Notes under the pieces: model-generated
The model's database searches: none
Seen by the model: the letters and a program-made list of their open reading frames with translations, nothing else
What the model was told of the DNA's origin: nothing
Program-made: the position numbers and the translations under genes
Shown: positions 1 through 6,626 of the stretch, one piece after another
Position numbering within the stretch: the stretch's first letter is position 1
How the letters are laid out: every line of letters starts with the position of its first letter
Source: Candidatus Parcubacteria bacterium
GTDB lineage: Bacteria; Patescibacteriota; Minisyncoccia; Phycocordibacterales; SBAW01
Assembly: GCA_019661855.1 (NCBI GenBank)
Contig: JAIFWM010000001.1
Location: forward strand, 1-36,509
Direction: 5' to 3'
DNA length: 36,509 nucleotides

Positions 1-112
1 GAATAGAAGGAACCTCAAACAAAACATCAAACGCTCGAGCGAGCGCTGCAGAATCCATCTGCTTGGGGCGGTGATATCTCAACTTCGGAGGCTTTCGGGG
101 TTTGCCAGCCAT
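1..112 (-). CDS. N-terminal fragment of a hypothetical protein that runs off the left edge (MAGKPRKPPKLRYHRPKQMDSAALARAFDVLFEVPSI...)
   Basis: An ATG at 112 on the minus strand opens a frame that stays open to position 1. The N-terminus is basic. The fragment is too short for the supplied ORF track and no family is recognised. Confidence 0.3.
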   Translation of the reverse strand, partial: MAGKPRKPPKLRYHRPKQMDSAALARAFDVLFEVPSI

Positions 113-127
113 GACTGCCAAAGTGTA

Positions 128-161
128 CCCCCCCCCGCACGCGCAAGTTGTATATATATAT
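128..161. repeat. Simple-sequence tract: C9 homopolymer (128-136) followed by (TA)5T (151-161)
   Basis: Read directly from the sequence. It lies in the 49-bp spacer between the stop of the 162-863 gene and the ATG at 112. Confidence 0.9.
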
Positions 162-863
162 CTATTCAGACAGTAACTCTGCTAATTTACGACCTAGTTC
201 TGTGAGTCTATGTTCGCTTGCACCGCCTCCACCCCGCCAGGTATCTAAAGTAGAGCCGCTTAGTATTTCTCGAGGAGCAATCAGTTGCAGTCGCATTAAA
301 TTATCCTCGAAGCGCAGTACTTGTTCCTTTGCGGCAAAACCAATGTTTTCTGCAACCTTGCCCGCCCACCAATCACTTTGCCTCTGGTTCCTAGTAGCTT
401 CTTGAGGGTTATTCAATATCTGATGAGCTCCAGCCAAAATCCGGATTTCCGAACCACTCAATTGTTTGCAGATATCCAACATGTCGTATAGAGAGGACCT
501 CTCCTCTTCTGTGATATCTTTGTGTAACGCATGTTTAAATATTTTTTTTGCTGCATCCCACGTTTCTTCGTCAGGATTTTTTTCGCCGAGAAATTTTGCG
601 AGATCTAGGATGGAACGAGTTGTTTTTTCGGAATTAAGCGTTTCCTCATCTATCTTCCCTTCTTCTGTTTTATTACGAATTTCATCAAGCAAGCCTTTCA
701 ATCTGCCTTTAATAAAATTCCGCCCAACAGAGGAGATGGCCGCAAGCATTGTTTCTGGACTCATCCACACTGTCGGGTTAAACAAATCAACAGCATTAAT
801 AAAGAGGTCAAGCCCAAGCTCCTGAATGGTCGCAAAAGGCTTTTGTTGTTTTCCATCTTTCAT
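162..863 (-). CDS. Hypothetical protein, 233 aa, helical and charged, with a possible C-terminal winged-helix-like segment
   Basis: This is the longest ORF at this locus; the plus-strand ORFs 148-405 and 466-825 are antisense shadows of it. The motif LSGSEIRILAGA...HRLTELGRKLAELL weakly resembles wHTH or Abi-alpha-type proteins, judged from memory only. Confidence 0.65.
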   Translation of the reverse strand: MKDGKQQKPFATIQELGLDLFINAVDLFNPTVWMSPETMLAAISSVGRNFIKGRLKGLLDEIRNKTEEGKIDEETLNSEKTTRSILDLAKFLGEKNPDEETWDAAKKIFKHALHKDITEEERSSLYDMLDICKQLSGSEIRILAGAHQILNNPQEATRNQRQSDWWAGKVAENIGFAAKEQVLRFEDNLMRLQLIAPREILSGSTLDTWRGGGGASEHRLTELGRKLAELLSE

Positions 864-1086
864 ACTTCGTAGGGGTTATCCTACGCCTTTAGGCCTCTTT
901 CGGCAAAAAGCCGTAATCAATGCCGCGGCGGAGTGGTGGAGGGAGTTCGATTAAGACTTCAAACGGGATTTCGAAACGTTGGTTTGCGTTCCCACCACGC
1001 CGACTTTCATAAGTCTGGATTATGCCACAAAATTATGGTATTGTCGCGGCGGACTTGAGTCAGGCATTTTAACAGGGAGACAACCT

Positions 1087-1452
1087 ATGCCTCATATCCG
1101 CGCTATTTGCACCACCGGAGACGAAGGGCGCAGATTCCTTTTTGCACACGCTCTGAGAATTCGGAAAAGTTTGTCAGCGGTGAGTGGTTATGAATTAAGC
1201 AAGATTGCCCTCATTCCTGAACATATCGCTCGCGAGCACATCGTGCCAGAATTCAATCTAGATCCAATTGAATTTGTAATTGATGTCGGCATACAAATTG
1301 ACACACCTGGCAAAGCAAAGCAGTGTGCACTGAAATTTCGTGACACAATTCTTGCTCGCTGTCCTGACATCAAACAATGGAAATTTGGTGTCTGGGTACG
1401 CAGTATACTGGTGAACGAATACGTCTCATACGACCCTGAAGGAGAAATCTGA
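1087..1452 (+). CDS. Hypothetical protein, 121 aa, starting MPHIRAI; possibly a tautomerase-superfamily-like (Pro-1) fold
   Basis: A Shine-Dalgarno (SD) sequence AGGGAG lies 7 nt before the ATG at 1087. The MPH N-terminus and the roughly 120-aa length recall CHMI/PptA/MIF-type tautomerases, but the match is weak. The upstream part of ORF 979-1452 has no ribosome-binding site (RBS). Confidence 0.6.
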   Translation: MPHIRAICTTGDEGRRFLFAHALRIRKSLSAVSGYELSKIALIPEHIAREHIVPEFNLDPIEFVIDVGIQIDTPGKAKQCALKFRDTILARCPDIKQWKFGVWVRSILVNEYVSYDPEGEI

Positions 1453-1453
1453 C

Positions 1454-1558
1454 ATGCTCAATATATCGGACGTTCTGCTAATCACCGCAGCTATTGTCCC
1501 AGCAACTATCGTCTGGGCCATAATGACATTCACAGACCTATTCACCGGCCGACGATAA
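1454..1558 (+). CDS. 34-aa hydrophobic micro-protein (MLNISDVLLITAAIVPATIVWAIMTFTDLFTGRR)
   Basis: The ATG lies 1 nt after the upstream TGA. An SD sequence GAAGGAG (1437-1443) is embedded in the end of the upstream ORF. The peptide has one predicted TM helix, and an intrinsic terminator follows at 1591-1624. Confidence 0.45.
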   Translation: MLNISDVLLITAAIVPATIVWAIMTFTDLFTGRR

Positions 1559-1590
1559 CCCAACCAGCTCTTCGTTATGCCCCCTGACTT

Positions 1591-1624
1591 GGCCCCGGAC
1601 GGTTTCCGGGGCCTTTTTTCTTTT
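1591..1624 (+). terminator. Rho-independent terminator
   Basis: Stem GGCCCCGGA / TCCGGGGCC (9 bp), loop CGGTT, followed by TTTTTTCTTTT. Confidence 0.8.
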
Positions 1625-1631
1625 AGTATCA

Positions 1632-1659
1632 TTGACATTATCAATGTTTAATGTACAGT
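1632..1659 (+). promoter_or_regulatory. Sigma70-like promoter TTGACA-16-TACAGT
   Basis: A consensus -35 hexamer lies at 1632-1637 and a TAnAnT -10 at 1654-1659. The promoter sits immediately after the terminator and upstream of the 1728-2150 ORF. Confidence 0.4.
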
Positions 1660-1727
1660 TCTGGATGGGTAGAACCCTGGCAGAGATGCCATCATCAACC
1701 GAGAGGGCTTTCCAGAGATGGAAAGTG

Positions 1728-2150
1728 ATGAATATGTCGAAACAGATTGTTGAAAATCTAATCCGTGGTTCCCAAACCATTGATCGCGTTAAAATGGAAA
1801 TCGAGATGGTTTTGGGCATGGTCGACTCACAAGTCAAAGAAGAGGATTGGACGAAACTTGATAACGATATAGATGAACACCTTTTTCCTAGTGCTTATGG
1901 GACTTGGCGTGTCGTTCCTCTATGGGGTCACGAAGGTTATCATCTTCTTGTGCAGTTTTCCGGAACTGCGCCAGGACTTCGGTATGTGCGTAGTACTAAA
2001 ACTTTGCAACGACCTATGTATTCTGAACAGCGAAGTGCTGTTCTGACTCACGCGGCACTTCCAGAGTTCATTGCGGGTATGACAAAACTCATACCTGAAC
2101 TCACTGAAAGGCTAGAGCCCATTATTGAGGCAGCCACTTACCAAGGCTGA
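1728..2150 (+). CDS. Hypothetical protein, about 140 aa
   Basis: The frame is open over 1632-2150, but the TTG at 1632 lies inside the predicted promoter. The start is placed at ATG 1728; ATG 1686 and ATG 1734 are alternatives. No family is recognised. Confidence 0.55.
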   Translation: MNMSKQIVENLIRGSQTIDRVKMEIEMVLGMVDSQVKEEDWTKLDNDIDEHLFPSAYGTWRVVPLWGHEGYHLLVQFSGTAPGLRYVRSTKTLQRPMYSEQRSAVLTHAALPEFIAGMTKLIPELTERLEPIIEAATYQG

Positions 2151-2170
2151 ACAAGGATTACACGGTTCAA

Positions 2171-2192
2171 AACCCGCGCTTCGGCGCGGGTT
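2171..2192. terminator. Bidirectional hairpin terminator with a UUCG loop
   Basis: Stem AACCCGCGC / GCGCGGGTT with loop TTCG. It is flanked by TTCTTGCTT on the plus strand and TTTTG on the minus strand, and it sits between convergent genes. Confidence 0.65.
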
Positions 2193-2202
2193 CTTGCTTG
2201 TC

Positions 2203-2823
2203 CTACTCCCCTAGTCTGCCTAAGTACGCTGCTTTGCGGCGCCAGCTATTTTTCATCCACTCGGGTGCCATGTCGGTTGGCCCCAAACGCGTAATTTTGG
2301 TGTTAAATCCTGCAAACCAAAGGATGCCCATTTTAATTTCGTTCGTATAGTCTCCAAAGAAAAACCAAATAAACCATGGATGCGAACCTGAAAGCACAAA
2401 CACGCGCGAGGATTTGCCTTTTAATCGTTTGTACCAACCGGTCACTAACTTGCCTCCCATGTCTTTGCGCATATTAAAGGCAAATCCCGGGAGCCACATA
2501 CGGTCAAACAAGCCTTTAAGCATCGCGGGCATCGTTTGCCACCAGTTTGGATAAAAAAGCACAAAATGGTCGCACCATTTGATAGCCTCCTGCAAGTTCT
2601 TAAGATCCGGCTCCAAATCTTGAATCGCCTTATATCCCCTGTGAAGGATTGGATCAAACTTTAAATCGGTTAGGTTAAATCTTTTTACCTCATGACCTGC
2701 TTTGCGTGCCGCAGCTTCGTAGAGTGTTGCCAGCTCTGCGGTAATAGACTCACTTTGGTTGGGGTTAGGATGCCCTAAGAGCAATACAATTTTCTTAGGA
2801 GATCGATCGCGAAAAAAACTCAT
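2203..2823 (-). CDS. Flavodoxin-fold NAD(P)H dehydrogenase (quinone)-like oxidoreductase (KefF/MdaB/YrkL type)
   Basis: The 206-aa protein has an N-terminal [10 protein letters not shown] segment and later [24 protein letters not shown], both typical of the Flavodoxin_2 family. Confidence 0.8.
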   Translation of the reverse strand: MSFFRDRSPKKIVLLLGHPNPNQSESITAELATLYEAAARKAGHEVKRFNLTDLKFDPILHRGYKAIQDLEPDLKNLQEAIKWCDHFVLFYPNWWQTMPAMLKGLFDRMWLPGFAFNMRKDMGGKLVTGWYKRLKGKSSRVFVLSGSHPWFIWFFFGDYTNEIKMGILWFAGFNTKITRLGPTDMAPEWMKNSWRRKAAYLGRLGE

Positions 2824-2828
2824 TTAGT

Positions 2829-3833
2829 TTATTTTACCGTAACTTCTGCTTTGTGTTTTTCCACATCCTCAGGAGTTTTAGGCATCACATGGAAGTTCGG
2901 CAAGAACGGACTATCGCCACGGTCTTTGATTATTGGTTGTGCTACTACAGGTTGAACCGGGACAATAGCTACGGGCTCAGGTTTAAGCGGATCCTTTTGC
3001 AAAGGAAGCTTCTCAAACGTTTTAGCAGGCGCTATTTCCGAATGCACGGTAGGCAAAGTAAATACTGGTTTTGGAGGTGGAGGAAGTGGTTTAGGAGGTG
3101 GCGGCGGAGGAGGTGGAATTGGTTTAGGCGGCGGGGGTGGTGGCGGAGGTACCGGCTTTGGTGGAGGAGGTGGAGGTGGCGGAGGTTCTACTTTTTTAAT
3201 CGGAGGCGAAATATGCACGGGAGGGGAAATAACTTTGGCACTCTTAGCCTCTATCGGGTACTCAATTTTCTTGCTAGAAAATTGCTCAATCCTCGCCCCG
3301 TCGTGCTGCGGAGCCCCTCCCGAGGCAAGAGTTCCTACGTTTTTTCGTGTGAATTTCGTTAAACCCCACCAACATAAACTAAAGCCTGCGACCCACATAA
3401 CATAAAGAATGCCGAGATTCACCCACGTGGTGATAGGCGCCAAAATATGCACGATAAAAAGTGCATACCATGTAGCACCCGCAAGTGCCTCGCCTTTGCC
3501 TGGAGATAAAATTTTATTTTGGATAAATATTGCGCAAAGAAAGACGACACCTATGAGTACCCATTTAAAGAGGAATATAGGTGCAAAGATCACCTCATAC
3601 TCCCGCGCCAAAAAGTGCGTAGTTGCTATGAGGAGGCCCGACCCAATGATCATAAAAAGTCCAGTGTCTAAGACCTTCCCTACCGCGCGAGCAAAGCCGT
3701 CTTCTTTTTTGTCTATTACCCCGTCGCGCATCGAGAGCAGGTACGAAAGTAAAAGAACCGTCTCAGCACCAACGCCGAGCATCACACCTAATTGCTGAAA
3801 TGAATACAGAAGAAGAGAAAATAATTCTCCCAT
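2829..3833 (-). CDS. Polytopic membrane protein with an extreme polyproline C-terminal region
   Basis: The protein is 334 aa. The N-terminal half has about 5-6 hydrophobic helices. It is followed by VEPPPPPPPPPKPVPPPPPPPPKPIPPPPPPPPKPLPPPPKP and a P/V/K-rich tail. Confidence 0.8.
   Translation of the reverse strand: MGELFSLLLYSFQQLGVMLGVGAETVLLLSYLLSMRDGVIDKKEDGFARAVGKVLDTGLFMIIGSGLLIATTHFLAREYEVIFAPIFLFKWVLIGVVFLCAIFIQNKILSPGKGEALAGATWYALFIVHILAPITTWVNLGILYVMWVAGFSLCWWGLTKFTRKNVGTLASGGAPQHDGARIEQFSSKKIEYPIEAKSAKVISPPVHISPPIKKVEPPPPPPPPPKPVPPPPPPPPKPIPPPPPPPPKPLPPPPKPVFTLPTVHSEIAPAKTFEKLPLQKDPLKPEPVAIVPVQPVVAQPIIKDRGDSPFLPNFHVMPKTPEDVEKHKAEVTVK
3065..3186. repeat. Imperfect 33-bp tandem repeat, three full units plus one partial unit, encoding P8KPx
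   Basis: The units at 3088-3120, 3121-3153 and 3154-3186 align as GGTTTAGGnGG(n)GGnGG.... They lie inside the CDS 2829-3833. Confidence 0.85.
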
Positions 3834-3839
3834 ACGAAA

Positions 3840-3848
3840 ATTTTAGCA
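3840..3848 (-). promoter_or_regulatory. Extended -10 TGcTAAAAT, 6 nt upstream of ATG 3833 (leaderless-type)
   Basis: The minus strand reads TGCTAAAAT-tttcgt-ATG. There is no SD sequence. The element sits directly after terminator 3845-3880. Confidence 0.5.
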
Positions 3849-3880
3849 TGAAAAGCAAGAGGCCCTGTTGCCAGGGCCTC
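3845..3880 (-). terminator. Rho-independent terminator
   Basis: Stem GAGGCCCTG / CAGGGCCTC (9 bp), followed on the minus strand by TTGCTTTTCATGC. Confidence 0.65.
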
Positions 3881-3906
3881 AAGAAGCAAGCATAAACACG
3901 TTGGAA

Positions 3907-4089
3907 TTATTTGCGAATGGTGCGGGCGCACCCTTGCACACGATGACGGTAAGGTTTCGGTTTGCCGTTCTCTTTGAGTCGAGCGATCATCTCGTCAAAC
4001 TCTCGAGAAACTTGTACTGCGGGCCATTCGAGACCGCGAACGTTATTAACCTCGGTGTTCGATCCGTTCTTTCGTGCTTGCTGCTCCAT
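3907..4089 (-). CDS. Small basic protein, 60 aa (MEQQARKNGSNTEV...YRHRVQGCARTIRK)
   Basis: A strong SD sequence GGGAGGGAG lies 7 nt before the ATG at 4089. The longer version, 3907-4161, would overlap the upstream gene. A terminator follows. Confidence 0.5.
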   Translation of the reverse strand: MEQQARKNGSNTEVNNVRGLEWPAVQVSREFDEMIARLKENGKPKPYRHRVQGCARTIRK

Positions 4090-4138
4090 TGAGTCACTCC
4101 CTCCCGGTTGCTCAATACTCGTCAAAATATCATTCTTT

Positions 4139-5719
4139 TTATTCCACATCAATGGTTGCACTACTCGTAATGCCGCTTGTTTGTCCGGTGAACGTGTAGG
4201 TGTGCGTACCAGGAGTCGAAGGTGCGTTCATTGAGCCAGTCGAAAAGTTGCCGCCACCATCTGCATGTGCACTACCTATAGTTGAACCATCGAGATCAAC
4301 CGAAACGGACTCTTCGATACCAAACCCGCGGCCAACAAAATCTGTATGGCGATCCGCCCTAACCCTTTGTCCGTCTTGATCAATGCGTCCCGTGCGAGTT
4401 GATGATGTTTGCCGCGGTTCAGGCTGGGGTGGAGGTGGAATTACCTCGGGTGGAGTTTCGGGAGTAGTTGACCCTTGATCAGGATTAGTTGGCGGTGTCG
4501 AAGGACTCGTGTCTGGAGTCGATGACGAAGTATCGGGAGTTGAAGTCGATTGATCTGGTGTGGTGGTGGCCGGAGTTTCAGGAGTTGTTGTCCCAGTGTC
4601 AGGTGTAGTGGTTGGTGTTGAAGTCGCTACAGGTAAAGTAGTTGTACCAGTGCCACTAAACCATTTAGTAAGTACATCCTGTGCTGGTTTGTTTTGCGGC
4701 ATGTAATCGTTGTTGCCCTCACCCCCTGCGCCAGGGTTTATGTCCCAACGCCACCAATATATCCCCGCGATCCAAGGGTAGTCGTTCCAATAACTCATGA
4801 GTGCCTCGTACGAATTGGTTTGTGCGCTCGCGTTATAGGACCCGCCACGTTGCCAGTTCCATGGATCCTGGTACGAGTTGTCTAAACTTCGGTATCCTAT
4901 TTCAGTAAAGATAATAGGTTTGCCGACTTGGTCGTGAAATGCGGTTAAATCATTTTTGTTCCAATAATCCCACGCTCCTTTGAGCCCATCGACTGATCCA
5001 TCAGAATTCAACTGGTAGTAGGTTGAGAGTCCAACGTAGTCGAGCGACGACCAGAAGCCAATGTATTTCTTTTCGTTGTTAAACGGATCGTTGCCATTGT
5101 CGTTGGAGTTAGCGCTGTAGGTAAGTGAACCGGAATAGACCGCGCGAACTTTGCCGATTAAATCAACCCAATGCTGCGTGTTTGAAGAGTTCATATTGTC
5201 TGCGGCCATAGATACCAACTCAATACCCACGACCATCATCTCGGCGTTGTGTGCCTGCCCAATCTGTGCCCAATGCACCAACCAATTGCCGTAGTTGTTA
5301 AACCACGTGTCTCTGTCGCCCGGGTTAATGTATGCACGCCAGTCGCCTGTATAGACCTCAATATGAGGCTTCAGTGTTACCTTGAGCCCCAGCGAGTGTG
5401 CGTAGTCTATTGCGCTTGCGAGAGCCTCGTCAGTTGGTGTGTTCCAGCCAGGAGCGAGGTCAGTTGAACCAGTGTTTGATTGATAAAACGGAATTACCAG
5501 CGCCACATGTGACGCGCCAGTTGCTGCTAAATTGCGCAACGACTCTTGAAACGAAGTTCCACTAAAGTCGGTAGTTGAGTTGGGCACCATCGTTACCCCT
5601 TGCTGCCAGTCTGACACTGCTGCGCGTGCAGGTACTGCCGCAAAGAGTCCAACCGCGAACATCATAAACGTTATGACTAAAAGTGATGCTGAAACACGTA
5701 TAAAGGTATTCGTATGCAT
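4139..5719 (-). CDS. Secreted clan GH-A (TIM-barrel) glycoside-hydrolase-like protein with a Thr/Pro linker and a C-terminal beta-domain
   Basis: The 526-aa protein has an N-terminal signal/anchor and candidate acid/base (VVGIELVSM) and nucleophile (IIFTEIGYRS) glutamates spaced as in GH5-like enzymes. A TTPETP/STPDTS linker follows. Confidence 0.75.
   Translation of the reverse strand: MHTNTFIRVSASLLVITFMMFAVGLFAAVPARAAVSDWQQGVTMVPNSTTDFSGTSFQESLRNLAATGASHVALVIPFYQSNTGSTDLAPGWNTPTDEALASAIDYAHSLGLKVTLKPHIEVYTGDWRAYINPGDRDTWFNNYGNWLVHWAQIGQAHNAEMMVVGIELVSMAADNMNSSNTQHWVDLIGKVRAVYSGSLTYSANSNDNGNDPFNNEKKYIGFWSSLDYVGLSTYYQLNSDGSVDGLKGAWDYWNKNDLTAFHDQVGKPIIFTEIGYRSLDNSYQDPWNWQRGGSYNASAQTNSYEALMSYWNDYPWIAGIYWWRWDINPGAGGEGNNDYMPQNKPAQDVLTKWFSGTGTTTLPVATSTPTTTPDTGTTTPETPATTTPDQSTSTPDTSSSTPDTSPSTPPTNPDQGSTTPETPPEVIPPPPQPEPRQTSSTRTGRIDQDGQRVRADRHTDFVGRGFGIEESVSVDLDGSTIGSAHADGGGNFSTGSMNAPSTPGTHTYTFTGQTSGITSSATIDVE
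4415..4648. repeat. Low-complexity Thr/Pro/Ser/Asp linker-coding region
   Basis: It translates on the minus strand to GTGTTTLPVATSTPTTTPDTGTTTPETPATTTPDQSTSTPDTSSSTPDTSPSTPPTNPDQGSTTPETPPEVIPPPPQPEP. Confidence 0.8.
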
Positions 5720-5725
5720 AGCCCC

Positions 5726-5734
5726 ACTATGCCA
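5726..5734 (-). promoter_or_regulatory. Extended -10-like TGgCATAGT, 6 nt upstream of ATG 5719
   Basis: The minus strand reads TGGCATAGT-ggggct-ATG. The hexamer is a weaker match to consensus. Confidence 0.35.
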
Positions 5735-5778
5735 AAGTCCCGCTGAACAGCGGATGATTCATTAAAACTACTAAAGAC

Positions 5779-5807
5779 TTGACATATTACCCATAATATG
5801 ATATACT
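5779..5807 (+). promoter_or_regulatory. Near-consensus sigma70 promoter TTGACA-17-TATACT
   Basis: The -35 hexamer is at 5779-5784 and the -10 at 5802-5807, with the optimal 17-nt spacer. It lies upstream of the micro-ORF at 5833. Confidence 0.6.
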
Positions 5808-5832
5808 AGAGCTCTAACTGGAGGAGCCTCAA

Positions 5833-5910
5833 ATGAAAGCATTCGCCTTGTTAGCAATTGCCTTCCTCGGCATTGCGATTTATCTCGCAGGCCACATGAT
5901 CTTCGGTTAA
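5833..5910 (+). CDS. 25-aa hydrophobic micro-protein (MKAFALLAIAFLGIAIYLAGHMIFG)
   Basis: It has its own promoter, an SD sequence GGAGGAG (5820-5826) 6 nt before the ATG, a single TM-like helix, and its own terminator at 5949-5975. Confidence 0.5.
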   Translation: MKAFALLAIAFLGIAIYLAGHMIFG

Positions 5911-5948
5911 GGTCGGCCCAAAGAAGGCCACCATTCCTCCCCACCTTG

Positions 5949-5975
5949 GCCCGCGCTCGCGCGGGCTTTTTTCTT
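5949..5975 (+). terminator. Rho-independent terminator
   Basis: Stem GCCCGCG / CGCGGGC with loop CTCG, followed by TTTTTTCTTTTTTT. Confidence 0.8.
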
Positions 5976-5978
5976 TTT

Positions 5979-6434
5979 TTAACGGCTTTTGTCGCCAGGA
6001 ATGGGATACTTATTCGCCTTTTTGTCCATCACTTTTTTTATCAAACTTTCATCTATTGTTGTATTTGACTGAATCCCTTTTGCTCGTAACTCCGCCAATG
6101 CCGGATCAATAGGTACAGCCATTTCTTTAGATTCTTCTCGGCGATCTTCTATATTGTCAGACTCTGGCAAACTTTCATAAGCGAGATCTCTATCCGAGAC
6201 AACTTCCTTCACTTTTTCAGACATCTCCTGTCTTGCAACTGCTTCATCTAACTGCCGTGCGATCTCTGCTTCTCTTTTAACACTGTCTATTTTATCCATT
6301 GCAGCATTGGTAGCAATATGGCCTCCTGTTGCAACAGTCGCTCCAAACAACATCGCTCGAAACGTCTGACCAAACCCTCTTTTCTTTTCTATTTTATTTT
6401 GCGGCTTTGGGTTAAATTGTGGTCCTGCTTCCAT
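5979..6434 (-). CDS. Hypothetical protein, 151 aa: Gly/Ala-rich hydrophobic segment followed by a charged helical region
   Basis: A clean ORF with no SD sequence. It is preceded by TGaTAAAAT-N6-ATG. No family is recognised. Confidence 0.55.
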   Translation of the reverse strand: MEAGPQFNPKPQNKIEKKRGFGQTFRAMLFGATVATGGHIATNAAMDKIDSVKREAEIARQLDEAVARQEMSEKVKEVVSDRDLAYESLPESDNIEDRREESKEMAVPIDPALAELRAKGIQSNTTIDESLIKKVMDKKANKYPIPGDKSR

Positions 6435-6440
6435 TCGTTA

Positions 6441-6449
6441 ATTTTATCA
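6441..6449 (-). promoter_or_regulatory. Extended -10 TGaTAAAAT, 6 nt upstream of ATG 6434 (leaderless-type)
   Basis: The minus strand reads TGATAAAAT-taacga-ATG, directly after terminator 6452-6486. Confidence 0.5.
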
Positions 6450-6626
6450 TCTTTTTAAAAAAGAAAAGGCCCCCAAAGTGGGGGCCAGTGTGCGAGCCGG
6501 CTCTTTGACCGGCTCGCGTGTCGGAGGGGGCGACTGGGGCCCCCTTTGCGGCTGCGGTACATACGCAGGATTCGGCACCCTATCTGGCACAGGGATAGGT
6601 TTTGAGTCATCTTGAGCGTAGATCAT
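6447..6626 (-). CDS. Proline-rich small protein, 59 aa (MIYAQDDSKPIPVPDRVPNPAYVPQPQRGPQSPPPTREPVKEP...)
   Basis: An SD sequence AAAGGAG lies 5 nt before the ATG at 6626. The ATG forms an ATGA overlap with the upstream stop. The low-complexity composition and a terminator hairpin inside the 3' end lower confidence. Confidence 0.4.
   Translation of the reverse strand: MIYAQDDSKPIPVPDRVPNPAYVPQPQRGPQSPPPTREPVKEPARTLAPTLGAFSFLKR
6452..6486 (-). terminator. Rho-independent terminator
   Basis: Stem GGCCCCC / GGGGGCC with a 5-nt loop, followed on the minus strand by TTTTCTTTTTT. Confidence 0.75.

Noticed and set aside
148-825. Plus-strand ORFs 148-405 and 466-825.
   Set aside because: Both are antisense to the longer and more protein-like 162-863 minus-strand ORF. 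Their composition is Ser/Leu/Phe-rich and low in complexity, and neither has an RBS.
936-1003. A long-range complementarity (CGGCG..TGGTGG / CCACCACGCCG) enclosing a GTTCGATT segment, considered as a tRNA-like or structured RNA in the divergent intergenic region.
   Set aside because: No cloverleaf can be drawn: there is no acceptor stem, no anticodon arm and no T-stem partner. It may be a weak regulatory hairpin, but the evidence is insufficient.
979-1086. N-terminal extensions of ORF-track entries: 979-1086 for the MPHI protein, 19207-19305 for uvrC, 22249-22287 for uvrA, 29482-29526 for the MCDYS protein and 35168-35218 for the receiver-like stub.
   Set aside because: In each case the downstream ATG has the SD sequence or -10 element and gives the canonical N-terminus. 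For uvrC, a terminator lies inside the extension.
2853-3362. A 169-aa plus-strand ORF rich in Arg/Trp/Phe (RRWRRRRWNWFRRRGWW...).
   Set aside because: It is the antisense reading of the polyproline (CCN) repeats in the minus-strand membrane protein 2829-3833. It has no RBS and is a compositional artefact.
3868-4234. Plus-strand ORFs 3868-4092 and 3962-4234, and the long form (3907-4161) of the minus-strand small ORF.
   Set aside because: The plus-strand ORFs lack an RBS and lie antisense to a better-supported small gene with a GGGAGGGAG SD sequence. The long minus-strand form would overlap the 3' end of the glycoside hydrolase gene.
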